DNA of 62,364 nt, counting the filler. It is 11 parts of 11 records of this genome, joined end to end, with 100 filler letters (N's around TTAATTAATTAA, not from the genome) between each part and the next. Parts side by side here need not be neighbours in the genome. Positions count along the whole stretch, not along the records: positions 1 to 3,510 come from SRR7504441_8097; positions 3,611 to 8,558 come from SRR7504441_8098; positions 8,659 to 19,495 come from SRR7504441_8099; 8 more parts are not named here. The stretch is one strand, 5' to 3'. Positions 1-11,123 of this stretch are shown piece after piece. Each line of letters opens with the position of its first letter. Positions within the stretch are counted from its first letter, which is position 1. The notes below the pieces were generated by a model. The model was not told where the DNA came from and did not search any database. It worked only from the letters and a program-made list of their open reading frames with translations. The position numbers and the translations under genes were made by a program.

Positions 1-114
1 CTCGGCCGGCTGGAGCACCCCGTCCTGGTTCTCGTCCCCGATCGCGAAGAGCTGCTTGAAGTAGACATCAAGCTGCCCACTGCCCAGCGACCCAGCCCGG
101 GCGGCTGCTAGCAT
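1..114 (-). CDS. EF-hand calcium-binding protein, 5' part (runs off window start)
   Basis: Minus frame from ATG at 114 reads MLAAARAGSLGSGQLDVYFKQLFAIGDENQDGVLQPAE; DENQDGVLQPAE is a canonical 12-residue EF-hand loop. Head-to-head with the GH78 gene. Confidence 0.65.
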   Translation of the reverse strand, partial: MLAAARAGSLGSGQLDVYFKQLFAIGDENQDGVLQPAE

Positions 115-185
115 TGCAGGGGAAGGAGCTGACGCGCTGGCAGTCGGTTAGATCTAACGGCCGGAGCTGAGACCACAAATCGCAC

Positions 186-2951
186 ATGTCTCGAGCGATG
201 TCTCGCGTGGTGCTCGGGCTCTCCCTGTGTCTGGCGGTCTGCCTCTCGCTGGAGCCGGTGGATTTGCGTGTCGACTACCTGCCAGGCTCCCCGCTCGGCA
301 TTGACAGCCGCGAGCCCCACTTCTCGTGGCGGCTGGAGTCGAGCGACCGCGGCTCCGCCCAGCAGGCCTTTCGGCTCTCCGTGGCCGAGGCGACCGGGGG
401 TCTGCTGCACGACAGCGGGCTGCTGGCCTCGAACCAGTCGACCTTCGTGACCGCCGGGCTCGACGGCAAACTCAAGAGCGATACCGAGTACAAGTGGTCG
501 GTGCAGCTGACCGACGGGACCAAAGCCGAGAGCAAGTTCCGCACGGGGCTGCTCGAACAATCCGACTGGGATGGGGCCGACTGGCTGGAGCCGAGCAACT
601 CGAGCCAGCCGGCCGCCCAGATGCGGACCGAGTTCAGCCTGGCCGAGCCGATCAAGTCTGCCTCGTTGTTCGTCTGCGTTCCGGGCTACGGCACCGTCTC
701 AGTGAACGGCGACCGGGTGGACGGCGGAGCCGGGATCCGGTCCTGGTCGCAGTACGATGTGCGCGCGCTCTACTCGAGCTATGACGTTACTGGACTGCTC
801 AAGCAGGGCAGCAACGCCGTTGGGATCTATACTGGGAGGGGCTGGTATTCTCATTTCGGGTACGGAGCGCCCACGGTACGCGCGGTGCTGCAGGTGACGC
901 TGGCCTCTGGGAAAGTGCAGCGGGTGGTCACCGACGGGACCTGGAAGGAGACGCAAGGCCCGGTGCAGGGCGACGATGAGTACAATGGAGTTACCTATGA
1001 TGCTCGGATGGAGACGCCAGGCTGGGACATGCCCTCGTTTGACGGCTCAAACTGGAAGCCAGTCACTGTGGCCACAGCCACCAACAAGCTCAAGACCACC
1101 GTGATGAGCTCGGCCGCTTTCCCTGCAGTGGAGCAGATCCATAGCTTTGCACCAGCCAAGATTACAGAGCCTTCTCCCGGGGTCTGGGTGATAGATTTTG
1201 AGCAAAACTTGTCTGGTTGGTGCAAGATCCGTATCACTGGCGCTGCTGGGACCCGCATCCAACTCCGGCATGCCGAGGCACTGCAACACCCGCCTTACGG
1301 TCCAATCGATGGCAATATTTATGTTGGGAATCTTCGCGGGGCCAAAGCCACCGATGTTTACATCCTCAAGGGAGACCCCAAGGGCGAGCTGTTCGAGCCA
1401 CTATTCACTCAGCACGGATTCCGTTACGTCGAGGTAAGCGGGGTCGCTATCCCGCCCACGCTGGAGACAATTGAGGCAATTCACGTGCGCAGTGCGGTCG
1501 AGACGACTGGCTCTGTGACCTTTTCTGACCCGCTGCTGAATCAGGTCCAGCACAACCTTTTCTGGGGGCAATCAACCAACCTTATGATGGTGCCCACGGA
1601 CTGCGACCAGCGGGACGAACGGCTGGGCTGGACTGGTGACTCTGCTCTCACTGCTGAGGAGGCGATACACAATTTCGACATGGGATCGTTCTATACCAAC
1701 TGGGCTCAGATGCTCGACGACACCTCTCCAAATGGCGCGATCGGATGCACAGTGCCTGGCAAGCCAGGGGCGGCCAACCTGCCAGCCGGTAACAGCTGCG
1801 ACGCGTCCTGGACTTCTGTGTACCCGACGGTGCTGCATGGAATGCTCAAGTACTATGGCGACACCGAGACTCCTAAGGCGCACTGGGCCAGTCTCACGCG
1901 ATTCATGGACAACGAGTGGTCTCGGATCGCTTCGGGGGACATCACCAAGATGTTCGCCAACTTTGGAGACTGGGTGCCTCCGCCACCAGCCACCAAGGTG
2001 AGCACACAGTACTCTTCGGCCTTCTCTTTCCTGAATGACCTGCGGAACGTAATCTTCATGGCAACCAAGCTGGGGCATGCCGACGATGCCAGCAAGTACC
2101 AGAGCATGTGGACCAACGCCTCTGCCGCCTTCCACAGCCATTGGTTCAACCAGACTCAAATGGCCTACGCTGATGGCGGCCAGACCGCTCAGGTGATGGC
2201 ACTGCAACTCGACGTTGTACCGACCGAGTACAAGGCGGGCGTTGTGAATCATCTCGTCTCCGAGATTGTCGCTGCAGGCAACCACACCAGCTGTGGGATC
2301 ATCGGCTGGCGCTTTGAGTGCGAAGTGCTCTCGGCGGCCGGCCACGGTGACTTGGCTTACGCTCTGATGACCCAAACCACCTACCCCTCCTACGGCTTTG
2401 AGATCCAGCACCCGACCGAGCCTGCAACCACTATCTGGGAGCTCTGGGACGGGCCTTCTGAGGGGCCTGGCATGAACAGCCGCGACCACATCATGTTCGG
2501 CGGCCCGGGTGTTTGGCTGTACAACTACGCCGGTGGCATCTCGCAGACTGCGGACAGCATTGGGTTTGAGCATGCCGTGCTCACGCCACCCGCCGAGCTG
2601 ATTCTCCAGGCGGCCAATCCATCCTCTGCCAATGCCAAGTCCACCTCGTCGCCGCCTTTGCGCTGGGCTTCAGTCGGCAAGAGGTTCCCTCGTGGCCAGT
2701 ACGGCCTGAACTGGGAGTTGCAAAACGCGACGACTGTGGCCGTGACCTCCACCATTCCGGCCAACGCAGTGGGTGATACGGTGTTGCCTACACTCGGGAA
2801 GGACGTGCATGTGACTGAAGGCGGGCATGACGTCTGGCTTGCTGGCAAGTACGTTCCTGGGGTCACCGGCATTACTGGGGCTGTCAAGAGCGGTGACAGC
2901 ATCGTCGTCTCCCACGGGTCAGGTGAGTACGACTTTGTCGTCGCAATGTAG
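186..2951 (+). CDS. Secreted GH78 alpha-L-rhamnosidase, intronless, 921 aa
   Basis: Signal-peptide-like N-terminus; GH78 motifs PLGIDSREPHFSW, IDFEQNLSGW, FTQHGFRYVEV, VPTDCDQRDERLGWTGD, FGDW, ATTIWELW, MNSRDHIMFG. Confidence 0.93.
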   Translation: MSRAMSRVVLGLSLCLAVCLSLEPVDLRVDYLPGSPLGIDSREPHFSWRLESSDRGSAQQAFRLSVAEATGGLLHDSGLLASNQSTFVTAGLDGKLKSDTEYKWSVQLTDGTKAESKFRTGLLEQSDWDGADWLEPSNSSQPAAQMRTEFSLAEPIKSASLFVCVPGYGTVSVNGDRVDGGAGIRSWSQYDVRALYSSYDVTGLLKQGSNAVGIYTGRGWYSHFGYGAPTVRAVLQVTLASGKVQRVVTDGTWKETQGPVQGDDEYNGVTYDARMETPGWDMPSFDGSNWKPVTVATATNKLKTTVMSSAAFPAVEQIHSFAPAKITEPSPGVWVIDFEQNLSGWCKIRITGAAGTRIQLRHAEALQHPPYGPIDGNIYVGNLRGAKATDVYILKGDPKGELFEPLFTQHGFRYVEVSGVAIPPTLETIEAIHVRSAVETTGSVTFSDPLLNQVQHNLFWGQSTNLMMVPTDCDQRDERLGWTGDSALTAEEAIHNFDMGSFYTNWAQMLDDTSPNGAIGCTVPGKPGAANLPAGNSCDASWTSVYPTVLHGMLKYYGDTETPKAHWASLTRFMDNEWSRIASGDITKMFANFGDWVPPPPATKVSTQYSSAFSFLNDLRNVIFMATKLGHADDASKYQSMWTNASAAFHSHWFNQTQMAYADGGQTAQVMALQLDVVPTEYKAGVVNHLVSEIVAAGNHTSCGIIGWRFECEVLSAAGHGDLAYALMTQTTYPSYGFEIQHPTEPATTIWELWDGPSEGPGMNSRDHIMFGGPGVWLYNYAGGISQTADSIGFEHAVLTPPAELILQAANPSSANAKSTSSPPLRWASVGKRFPRGQYGLNWELQNATTVAVTSTIPANAVGDTVLPTLGKDVHVTEGGHDVWLAGKYVPGVTGITGAVKSGDSIVVSHGSGEYDFVVAM

Positions 2952-3325
2952 GCCTCCCTCACTTGGGGCCAGAGCTCAGATTAGTATGCAACCCTACTGA
3001 TCTACAACTGATCTATGATAGATCTACGTATGAAATGAAAGTTCTCGACGACTACGAGTCTAGTTACAGTACCGGTATACCGCAATGCCGTTATCGTGTG
3101 ACTCATCGTGTGAAATCGTACGAATCGTATAGGTACTCATGAACAAAACAGACGTCTAGACGTTCCCACTTCCTCGTATATTGATTAATTAACTCAGCAC
3201 ACTCTGTCAGTAGTTCCCGCCATGATTGTACCCGCCATGGTTCCCGCTCGAGTTTCTAAAGGGTGCAATAGGTAGCAATCCGTAGGCCGGCCAAACTTAC
3301 CCAAATCGACGAGCTGATGAGTGCG

Positions 3326-3400
3326 TTCGTGCCATTGTTGACTCAACACGGATTCGTTACGTCTCGAGGTTACCGGGGTCGCTATCCCGCCCACGCTGGA
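3326..3400 (+). repeat. Degenerate ~75-nt copy of an internal GH78 segment (1392-1465)
   Basis: cggggtcgctatcccgcccacgctgga is identical in both places; the upstream part aligns with substitutions and small indels. Confidence 0.85.
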
Positions 3401-3510
3401 ATTCCGGAAACAATTCATTATTCTTTGCTGCGTGCTCAAGAAACAAAACTACCACAGCCGGATTGCTAATTCGGGAGTGGACCCGGGTAGCACATGAATA
3501 ATTATTTGCA

Positions 3511-3610
3511 NNNNNNNNNNNNNNNNNNNNNNNNNNNNNNNNNNNNNNNNNNNNTTAATTAATTAANNNNNNNNNNNNNNNNNNNNNNNNNNNNNNNNNN
3601 NNNNNNNNNN
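3511..3610. other. Artificial contig spacer
   Basis: 44 N + TTAATTAATTAA (stops in all six frames) + 44 N. Confidence 0.98.
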
Positions 3611-3611
3611 T

Positions 3612-3707
3612 CGGATTGGGATGGCTGTGACTATCCTGCTCGGGTTCTCGCTTCTACTGAATGTCATGTTACTGACCAAGCTGGAAATCGTACACATGGA
3701 GTTGTAA
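3612..3707 (+). CDS. C-terminal fragment of a membrane-anchored protein (5' part lost at contig edge)
   Basis: Reads RIGMAVTILLGFSLLLNVMLLTKLEIVHMEL* (one hydrophobic helix), followed by AT-rich intergenic DNA. Confidence 0.35.
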   Translation, partial: RIGMAVTILLGFSLLLNVMLLTKLEIVHMEL

Positions 3708-4252
3708 ACCACACATAAAACGCCAGCCCATGAGCAGCAAGCGCTCTTTGTTTAGCCAAGGAAAACGAGCTAATTAAACGCCAGTGCGCTGTGGGATGTT
3801 TTTGAAATCGAGAGGCGTCGTGTTAGCGTTATGTTAGCGTCGTGTCGGCCTGGCCATGCATATGGTGATAATTATGTTGATATCAACTGGCAACTGACTG
3901 AGAACTTTGCGTACATGACATTGTATACTTACACCGCCTTCTAATTGATTAACCGGATATGACCTTGCCTTGCAGCTAGTCGCTTAGAGAATGAAAGAGT
4001 AAGCACCGCCATGCAATCACGTATCAATCAATTCAATAATGTAGTGAGCGCTCATACTCCTCATAGAGCGCTCAACAAAATTAATAATTGAGTTCATCGC
4101 GCTTAATTAACAAAATTAATAATTAGTTGCATGCAGCGATGCTCAATGAGGCGATGAACAACTTGGCATATGAAGTACACCAAGCGCATCGCGCTGTGGC
4201 GGCAGCACCTAAAAGGATCAAGCCATCAAAAGGGACAGGAGCGTTGCACACC

Positions 4253-4758
4253 TTAAAGTTTTGAGACAGCTGTGGAGACGGCGAGACGGAATCTTGGATC
4301 CCACAATGCATATGTCAGCGTCTGAGCAAGCTGGATCGTGGTCGTGCTGTTGGTCCTGACAATTTCATTCTGCCCCTCCAAGTCCTTATCCTTCTGGTGC
4401 TTTGCTAGCTCCACATCCTTCTCTTTGAGACCATTGATCAGTTGTACGTCCTTCTCTTTGAGGCGATTGGCCAGCTCAGCGTCCATCTCTTTGTGGTGCT
4501 TCATCACCGACGCCCAGTCCTGGTTTTTGAGCTCTTGCTCTTTGTTCTTCAACTCCTGCAGCCGGATTTGCAGCTCCAGCTCCTGGCGTCCGCGTGTGGC
4601 GTTCTCCTTTTCCTGCAGCAGCCGCGTCTTCTCCTCCTTCTCCTGCAGCAGCCGCTTCTTCTCCCCTGGAATGGCGCGCTGGCGTTTTCGACGGCCACCT
4701 CTACGCTGTACCCGTCACATCCACAAAGTTCGACCCAACGTAGCATCCTGCCACCATG
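4253..4758 (-). CDS. Small coiled-coil protein, probably one intron
   Basis: Repeated RLLQEKE and LKEKDV units in an open frame to the stop at 4253; the ATG at 4758 joins it through a plausible 46-nt GT-AG intron. Confidence 0.4.
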
Positions 4759-5259
4759 ATGACTGATTGCAAGTGGCTGTTCACGAACAGTTGATGGGTC
4801 CCAAACCAAGTGAAAATGTGAGTGAACTGGGAGTGCACTTTTGTTGCCGCTGTCTTTAGGGCTGGCTATGCTCTAGCAGTCTCTGTTTCAGCTCCCTTGG
4901 ACAGCACCCAGTTGCAAGTTACCTGGCAGGAGTGGGGTACGTAGTCTACTCTGGCGACCTTGGCCTATCTTTTTCGGGCACAATCTAGTATCACCGAGCT
5001 TCAATTTCCGCGTTGATTTCTGAACATGGAGCTGTAACTGAGGTGAATCGGGTGTTTGATACATAGGGTACACGCGCGATTAGATCACCAATCTACTTGC
5101 CATTTACTTGTAGAAGGTTCAGAACAGATTGTATGATGCGATTTAAAATTAATGCTAAGTTCATACTAAAGTTCGCACGTGGTTGATGCGCCGCAACAAA
5201 ATAGCAACAAACATTGCCAGAGTATGCATACGCAGATCCCACAAAGCGCACCGACGCTA

Positions 5260-8200
5260 CTATGAATCGCTAACAATCATGAATCGAAGCACAGTCATTG
5301 TAAAATCGTAAAATCTATATAGCTTGGGGCCATCAGGAACATGGGCGCAGCGTTTATCATCTAGTCTCCGAATTGTGGCTATAAATTGTCTTTTGCGCTT
5401 CTGTTGTTGGTAAGCACCATTGTTGCCCACACCACAGGGAATAGTGGGTGTTAGACGCGAGCTGTTGTGGTCAGACTCTTGCACTGATGGAAAGCACTTC
5501 CGGGCATCCCTGTGGCAGTTGCCATGGCAGCTAAGTTGTTTTTCTAGGGGGCAGAGTGACTGGTCCACTTTACGCTCGCCATGGCAGTCGGAAAGCTCTT
5601 TGGTGCACTTAACGTGGTTGTGGCAAAAGAATGGCGCTATAGACGGACAGAGCGGCAGCTCCGCAAAAACCTGCTTTTGGGTATGCTTGCTGGGCTCTTC
5701 TTGGCACTTAGAGCACACTAAGGACTCGCCACGACGCGTTGGGCAGTAGCCGTCGTGGCACTTGGATAGCAGGCACATGGCAGCCCACCAGCCGAAAGCG
5801 CACAGCCGTTGGCCGACCCCATGTGCTAGCTCGCACTCTATGAATGAGCCAGCCCGACACTCAGGTCCAAAGATCCGGTGGAGCGTCACTGCAGTGCGAG
5901 AGGCTGGACCACTCGTGCCACCATATGCCGGGCACGGCTGCAGGGTGCCACTGGCAAGCAGACAAGATGGGTGCATGCTCAACTCGATACAGCGGTGGGG
6001 TGCATTCTTTGCCACCACGCGGCCTTCCAGATGCCCAGTCTGCACGTGTGCCACCAGTACTGTATCGCCCGCCAGCTGCGCATGCGCCACCTGCCAGCCA
6101 GGGCTGAGAGAACACTAGCACAGCCATTATTGCTGCACCTTGTCCGACTGGAACAGAGAGAATACCGCATCGTCCCAGTGCCACACCCCATGCCACGGGC
6201 ACGGCAGCCCAACCTGGCCCTGGCTTAGGCGTCCCAGCAACCCAGCGCCACACCGTATCTCTAATCGCTGCAACCGTGCTGGTGTGATGCAGCAGGCCCA
6301 AGTGGCCAGCCCCATGCACCAGCACCTCCGAGTTTGGCTTGAACGGTGCCGCCAGCGCTGACTTTAGCAGCACCGCGCCGTCACCGTCAGCCCATTCGAC
6401 TGCTGGTGCCAGGCCTAGGATATGCTCCAGCTCAGGTGGGGTTTCGGATTGGTGTTGTGGCGCATAGACCAATGACTGCATCGTTTCAACATCAGTCCCA
6501 ACAACCACGGTACTCAGCATTGGAGCTGGGAGTTGGATTGCACCCTGGGCCGCCCTCACACGCCGCCTATGCTAGACAGTCACCTTCCACTCGTGATGCG
6601 ACGCCACAGCCGCCTTGTACAGCTCTGGCTGCCATGGACACGCGACTTCTTTGCCTGATCACCACCACTCTAGCGGTGCTAACTAGCGGCGCACCTCCGT
6701 ATGACTCTTCGGCGGTGCCATTGGAGCCTGAATCGACGTTTCTAGCCGTGGTTCGGATCATCGGGCTCAGCTGGCTTTTGAGCGCTGGGCCTAGCGCTGC
6801 AGGCAGCTCCTTGCTCATAGAGAACACTCGCCTGGCCCGCTGTACCCCTGTGAGCAGCCTGAGCTACCAGGCTCTCACCATGCTGCCGCTCCCAATCGAC
6901 ACTGCCTCGGAGCTTGCGTGCTTGGCATCCGCTGCGCCGACAATGAGGCTGGGCGCCTCGGGCCCGTCCCAGCCCTTCCACTGGTGCTGAGGGAGGAGCT
7001 CGTAGACAGCGGGCAAAGTGCTCGCTATTGCACGCGCAGTCTGCCGGGTGAGGTACGGATTGCCCCAGCTGTCGCCACGAAGCAGCCGATGCACTGCGTC
7101 CGGTCCGCCGCGCCAGGGGGTGCCTATGGCGGTCCAACTCGCCAGCCAGCTGCCAGAGCGCTCAGCAACGCCCCGATTGGTCGCACCGTCTAGCCAGCTT
7201 GGGCCGTGACTTGATCCAGGAAAGCACCAGCAGCCCACCCGCCCCGTGACTGACTAAGTCCACCCGAGAGAGTTGCCCTCCAGGGCTGGAGGCAACCGCC
7301 CGGCGCACCAGTTTATCCATGCGACGGAGCACGGCCTTGTGTCTCAGGCTTTGCCTCCAGTCGTACGGCAGACCAAACAGCGTCACCCCCGGTGCGTAGC
7401 CCAGCCGATCGAGCTCGGCAAGCAGCGGTTTCATGTACTGCAGTTTGTGGTAGGCCGGCTGTGCTGGCATCTTGTCTAGCTTTGAGATTGCCTCAAGCTG
7501 CACGCAATGCTCAGCCCAGCTTGACCAGGCGGCACACCTTGCTCATCTGCTCGGTGTTTAGCAGCCCGGCGAGCGCCGCCACCCCGAAGTCCCCGCCGAC
7601 CGGTCGCACTCGGCCCTCAGGGCAGCCCGCCGGCCGGGCAGTCCCGTCTGCTGCCCGCGTGCTGATCAGAAAACGCCTCGCACGGTCTTCAAACGGCAGC
7701 GGACGAAGCTCAGCCGTACCTGCGCCCCCGCTGGCCCAGGCGACGGAGCGGTCTGACCAGGTTTGTATGAAAACACTTCGCCATCTCCAACCCCCAGCAC
7801 AGCAGCCGGGGCATCGACCCACGCAGCGCCTTCCGGACCGCAGCCTGAGCCAAGCAGCCTCGAGCCGGCCAGATCCGGCACCAGCAGCATCGGCCGCGGC
7901 GGCGGCGCCAGCACCCCGCCTGCTGGTCCTCAAGCGGCCAGCCAGCGGCCGGCCACCTTGCACCCGCTCGCAGTAGCCTCCGCCAAACCCGGGGTCACAG
8001 ACGCACTCGCCGTCCAGGCATCGACCGCGGTGATGACACTCGGCTGGGCAACTGTAATGCACTGCCACCTGTCCGCCACTGAGCCGCTGCCCGGGCGACT
8101 CACTGCCTCGACAGTCAGCTGCCCCCCGCCCCCCGGCAGCGCCGCCTCCAGCCGGAGCTCCAGGTCGTCCGGCCGGTCAAACGGCAGTGCCAACCCGACC

Positions 8201-8487
8201 GACCGGTTGGCGCACTTGGCCAGCGGGAGATGCTGGTCCCACCGGCCCGACCCGCGGCCCACCCGCAGTTCGGAGCCGGCCGGCGGCTGGGCGGGGCAGC
8301 TGGCTTTGATCAGCAGGTGCCCCGCGCGAGTGGAGGCCAGGCCGAAGCGCCACTGGACGGCCGAGCATTCAGGACCCAGCCGGACAGTCTGGGCCAGTCC
8401 TGGGTGCAGCCGCGCGGTCGGCGGGCAGCCGGCTCCCGCCAGCCCGACTGCCAGCAGCGCCCCGACTGCCAGCCGCAGCTGCCCCAT
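5260..8487 (-). CDS. Secreted EGF-domain + LCAT/phospholipase A-like alpha/beta-hydrolase, Cys-rich C-terminus; multi-intron; 3' end uncertain
   Basis: Signal peptide MGQLRLAVGALLAVGLAGAG; EGF CPAECHHRGRCLDGECVCDPGFGGGYCE; LCAT motifs LFGLPYDWRQS, VDLVSHGAGGLL, AIGTPWRGG, AVYELLP, DGDGAV, AGHLGLL. Confidence 0.75.
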
Positions 8488-8558
8488 GGAGCACCTACCG
8501 TTATTTCTGGTGTCTCCACTGTCTGGGCCCTCACGGAGTGTGGCTCATTAGAAGGCAG

Positions 8559-8658
8559 NNNNNNNNNNNNNNNNNNNNNNNNNNNNNNNNNNNNNNNNNN
8601 NNTTAATTAATTAANNNNNNNNNNNNNNNNNNNNNNNNNNNNNNNNNNNNNNNNNNNN
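8559..8658. other. Artificial contig spacer
   Basis: 44 N + TTAATTAATTAA + 44 N. Confidence 0.98.
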
Positions 8659-9084
8659 CCCCCCCCCTAGCGGCCCGGCGCCTGTGTCTTAGTGTCCTGG
8701 AGCGACTCCTGTGCGAACTTGGCGTTGTCCACGTTGAACTGCTGATTCATCGACTGCACGTATTGATTCTCTAGCCTGCGCCTGCCGCTCAGCTCCGCCG
8801 CTCCGGGGGCGCACATCTTCTTCTGGCGCATCAGGGTCATGGCGCGCGACTTGAGCATCGGGTTGTTTGGGTTCTTCTTCAACTGGCCCCACCGTGTCGG
8901 CAGGGCGCTGGCCCGGGCAGAGCGCCTGGGCCCGCAGGGGGATGAGCTGTGAGTCAATCTTCTTGATCTTGGCCTCCATACCGTCCACCCGAGCCCCGAT
9001 CCGGGAGGAGGCCTCGTTCAGCGACGGTGGCGGCGGCGCCTCCGCATCAGGCTCGTTCTTACCCCAGCCGAAAAGCCGGCGCAT
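8659..9084 (-). CDS. CHMP5: ESCRT-III Snf7-family protein Vps60/CHMP5, 5' part (truncated by spacer)
   Basis: Spliced product MRRLFGWGKNEPDAEAPPPPSLNEASSRIGARVDGMEAKIKKIDSQLIPLRAQ|LKKNPNNPMLKSRAMTLMRQKKM|LENQYVQSMNQQFNVDNAKFAQESLQDTKTQ matches the CHMP5 N-terminus; one GC-AG and one GT-AG intron. Confidence 0.85.
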
Positions 9085-9205
9085 GCTGGGTGGCTTCTCT
9101 GCGGTGCAGTGCTTGGTTCCCGCCTGGTTGCCGTTCCAGGAAGCGAAGAGAAAACTGTTTCTCGATGCTGGGCTGAACGGCGATTTCTGGGCAGGCGCAC
9201 TGGAA

Positions 9206-9683
9206 ATGGATTCGGCTGCGCCAGACCAGCGGGGTGGGGCGAAGGTGGGGCAGGGTAGTGAAAGGGCAGGTTTCATCCGGTTCAATAAACCGGCTGCTAT
9301 CAGTTCGTCGCTCGCCTCGTACATCTTGTCCGCTGCATCAAGGACGGGAAAGCACATGACGGCTGAAGATTTCTTAAACTACCTGAACAATGACATCATT
9401 CCGCGATACTTCAATCCGGAGGACGCCTACACGATGAAGGAGCTGAAGAAGATAGCTGCTGAGTTTGATGTGCCAACGCTAGGGCCGGGCTACCAGGTTA
9501 GGGCTAGACTGCTCTGCTCTGGCTCGCCCGGACATACGGGCCCACCTACGCCCGCTATGTCAACCTCATGGCGCGAAAATACAACCTGGTGCGCCCGGCG
9601 AACAGGTCAGCCGTCGACGACACCAAGCCGGCCCGCGACTGGCCAGCCGGGCTGGCCGGCTGGCGGGCCAAAGGCCGGGGTAA
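9206..9683 (+). CDS. Small hypothetical protein, ~3 introns
   Basis: GT-AG introns of 36-41 nt join MDSAAPDQRG|FIRFNKPAAISS...KKIAAEFD|TALLWLARTYGPTYARYVNLMARKYNLVRPAN...*; no family recognised. Confidence 0.4.
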
Positions 9684-9706
9684 AATCGGCAACAACAACT
9701 GCGAGA

Positions 9707-10955
9707 ATGGTACCCGAGCCTACGGGCTGGCAGCGAGAGCGAGCGAGCGGGGCAGGAGGACCAGCGGTTCGACCAAATGCTGCTGGGGATGGCCCAGGCC
9801 TGCGGCGGGATTGACAGCATCCTGCACAACTTCATGGCCTTCTTGGCCCGGCGGACCGACTTCTTCCACATCCAGGACGAGAGCAACCCGCATACCGGCT
9901 TCCCGGCTGGGATGGCCCAGAAGATGCTGCTCAAGCATTTTAAGCACTTCGAGGCGCTGTCCAACGCCGCCCGCCAGCAATCGCAGGTCTTCGCACGCCC
10001 CAGGGGGCCACCCGGGAGCCCGGGCCAGGAGCAGGCCAAGGCCGCGGCGGCAGAGGAGGAGGAGCCGAAGCCCCCACCCGAAGACATCACCGACCTGCCC
10101 GAGGAGCCTGCGGCGCCTGAGCCGGAGCCGGCGGCCGTGCAGGCATTTTGAGCGAAGGCAGGCGAGGCGGTGACAGTGTGTGGACAGGGGGAGGCGGCAG
10201 CGAATAGCAGCAGCGCGTACAACGGGAGTGTGACTGACAAGTACACCTGGTCGCAGACGCTGTATGAGGCCACTGTGGAGGTGGACTGGCCGGCTGGCTG
10301 ACGGCTGAGCAGTGGCAGGTGCCGGTACCGGCAGGTACTGCAGGCAAGCAGGTGAGTGTGGTGTTTGGGAAGACAAAGCTCGAAATGGGGCTCAAGGGGC
10401 AGCCGCCGATCATCCAGGGTGCGCTGGGCGGGGCGGTGGTTCTGGACGAGTGCACCTGGATCAAGGAGGGCAACACGGTCCAGGTGGGCGGCTGCTGGCG
10501 CTCCGGCCTGAGTGCTGGCTGCAGCTCACGCTAGTTAAGGAGATCGAGACCTGGTGGAAGAGCGTTGTGGAGGGCGACCCCGAGATCGACACCACCAAGG
10601 CCGGGGGGCGCCAAAGGCCGGACTGACCGGCAGTTGCAGGTGGATTCTGTCCGGCGGATATCGGAGTACGATGAGGAGACCCAGGCCGGAATACAGAAGG
10701 CAAGCCGGGGTTCGGTGCCGGTCCGACTGTTGGGCAGGTAATGTTCGACCAGGACCAGAAGCGCAAGGGGCTGCCCACCAGCGATGAGATGCAGCAGGAG
10801 GAGCTGCTCCGCAAGGCGTGGGATGCCAAGGGTGAGCTAGACTGCGGTGTGGCCTGCAATGGTGGGCAGGCTCGCCGTTCGCAGGGCAACCGTTCGATCC
10901 GAGCGTGCTTAACATGTCTGGCGGAATGCCTGCAGGGTTCATACCACCAAAATGA
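9707..10955 (+). CDS. NUDC: NudC-family co-chaperone (NudC N domain + CS/p23 domain), ~8 introns
   Basis: Spliced M|EDQRFDQMLLGMAQACGGIDSILHNFMAFLARRTDFF ... YNGSVTDKYTWSQTLYE ... ECTW ... TWWKSVVEGDPEIDTTK|V ... MFDQDQKRKGLPTSDE ... AWDAKG|SPF. Could be a NudCD3-like paralogue. Confidence 0.88.
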
Positions 10956-11123
10956 TCGGCCTATTCTCTGCTAATAACGACCAGCACGGTACACACTAGT
11001 GTGCAGTAAGTGCACAATGCACGCCGAATTCACCCAAGCACCAGTCGTGCGGTCTATCTGTGGCCACATCTACATAGTTCCATCGCTATATTTGCTAATT
11101 ATTCCAAAATGTAGAATACTATA

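Noticed and set aside
1572-2573. 333-aa minus-strand ORF (likewise 26422-27432 and 60855-61937 on +)
   Set aside because: Antisense to well-supported genes (GH78, SGNH, GH35); expected in GC-rich coding DNA.
3555-3566. Recurrent TTAATTAATTAA palindrome
   Set aside because: Always centred in identical N runs; an artificial six-frame-stop linker, not a genomic motif.
4046-4125. Short direct repeats (gagcgctca x2, aacaaaattaataatt x2)
   Set aside because: Too short and irregular to support a transposon end or array.
9707-10955. Uniform-length introns as an introner (transposon-derived) family
   Set aside because: No shared internal sequence or terminal inverted repeats seen among the introns.
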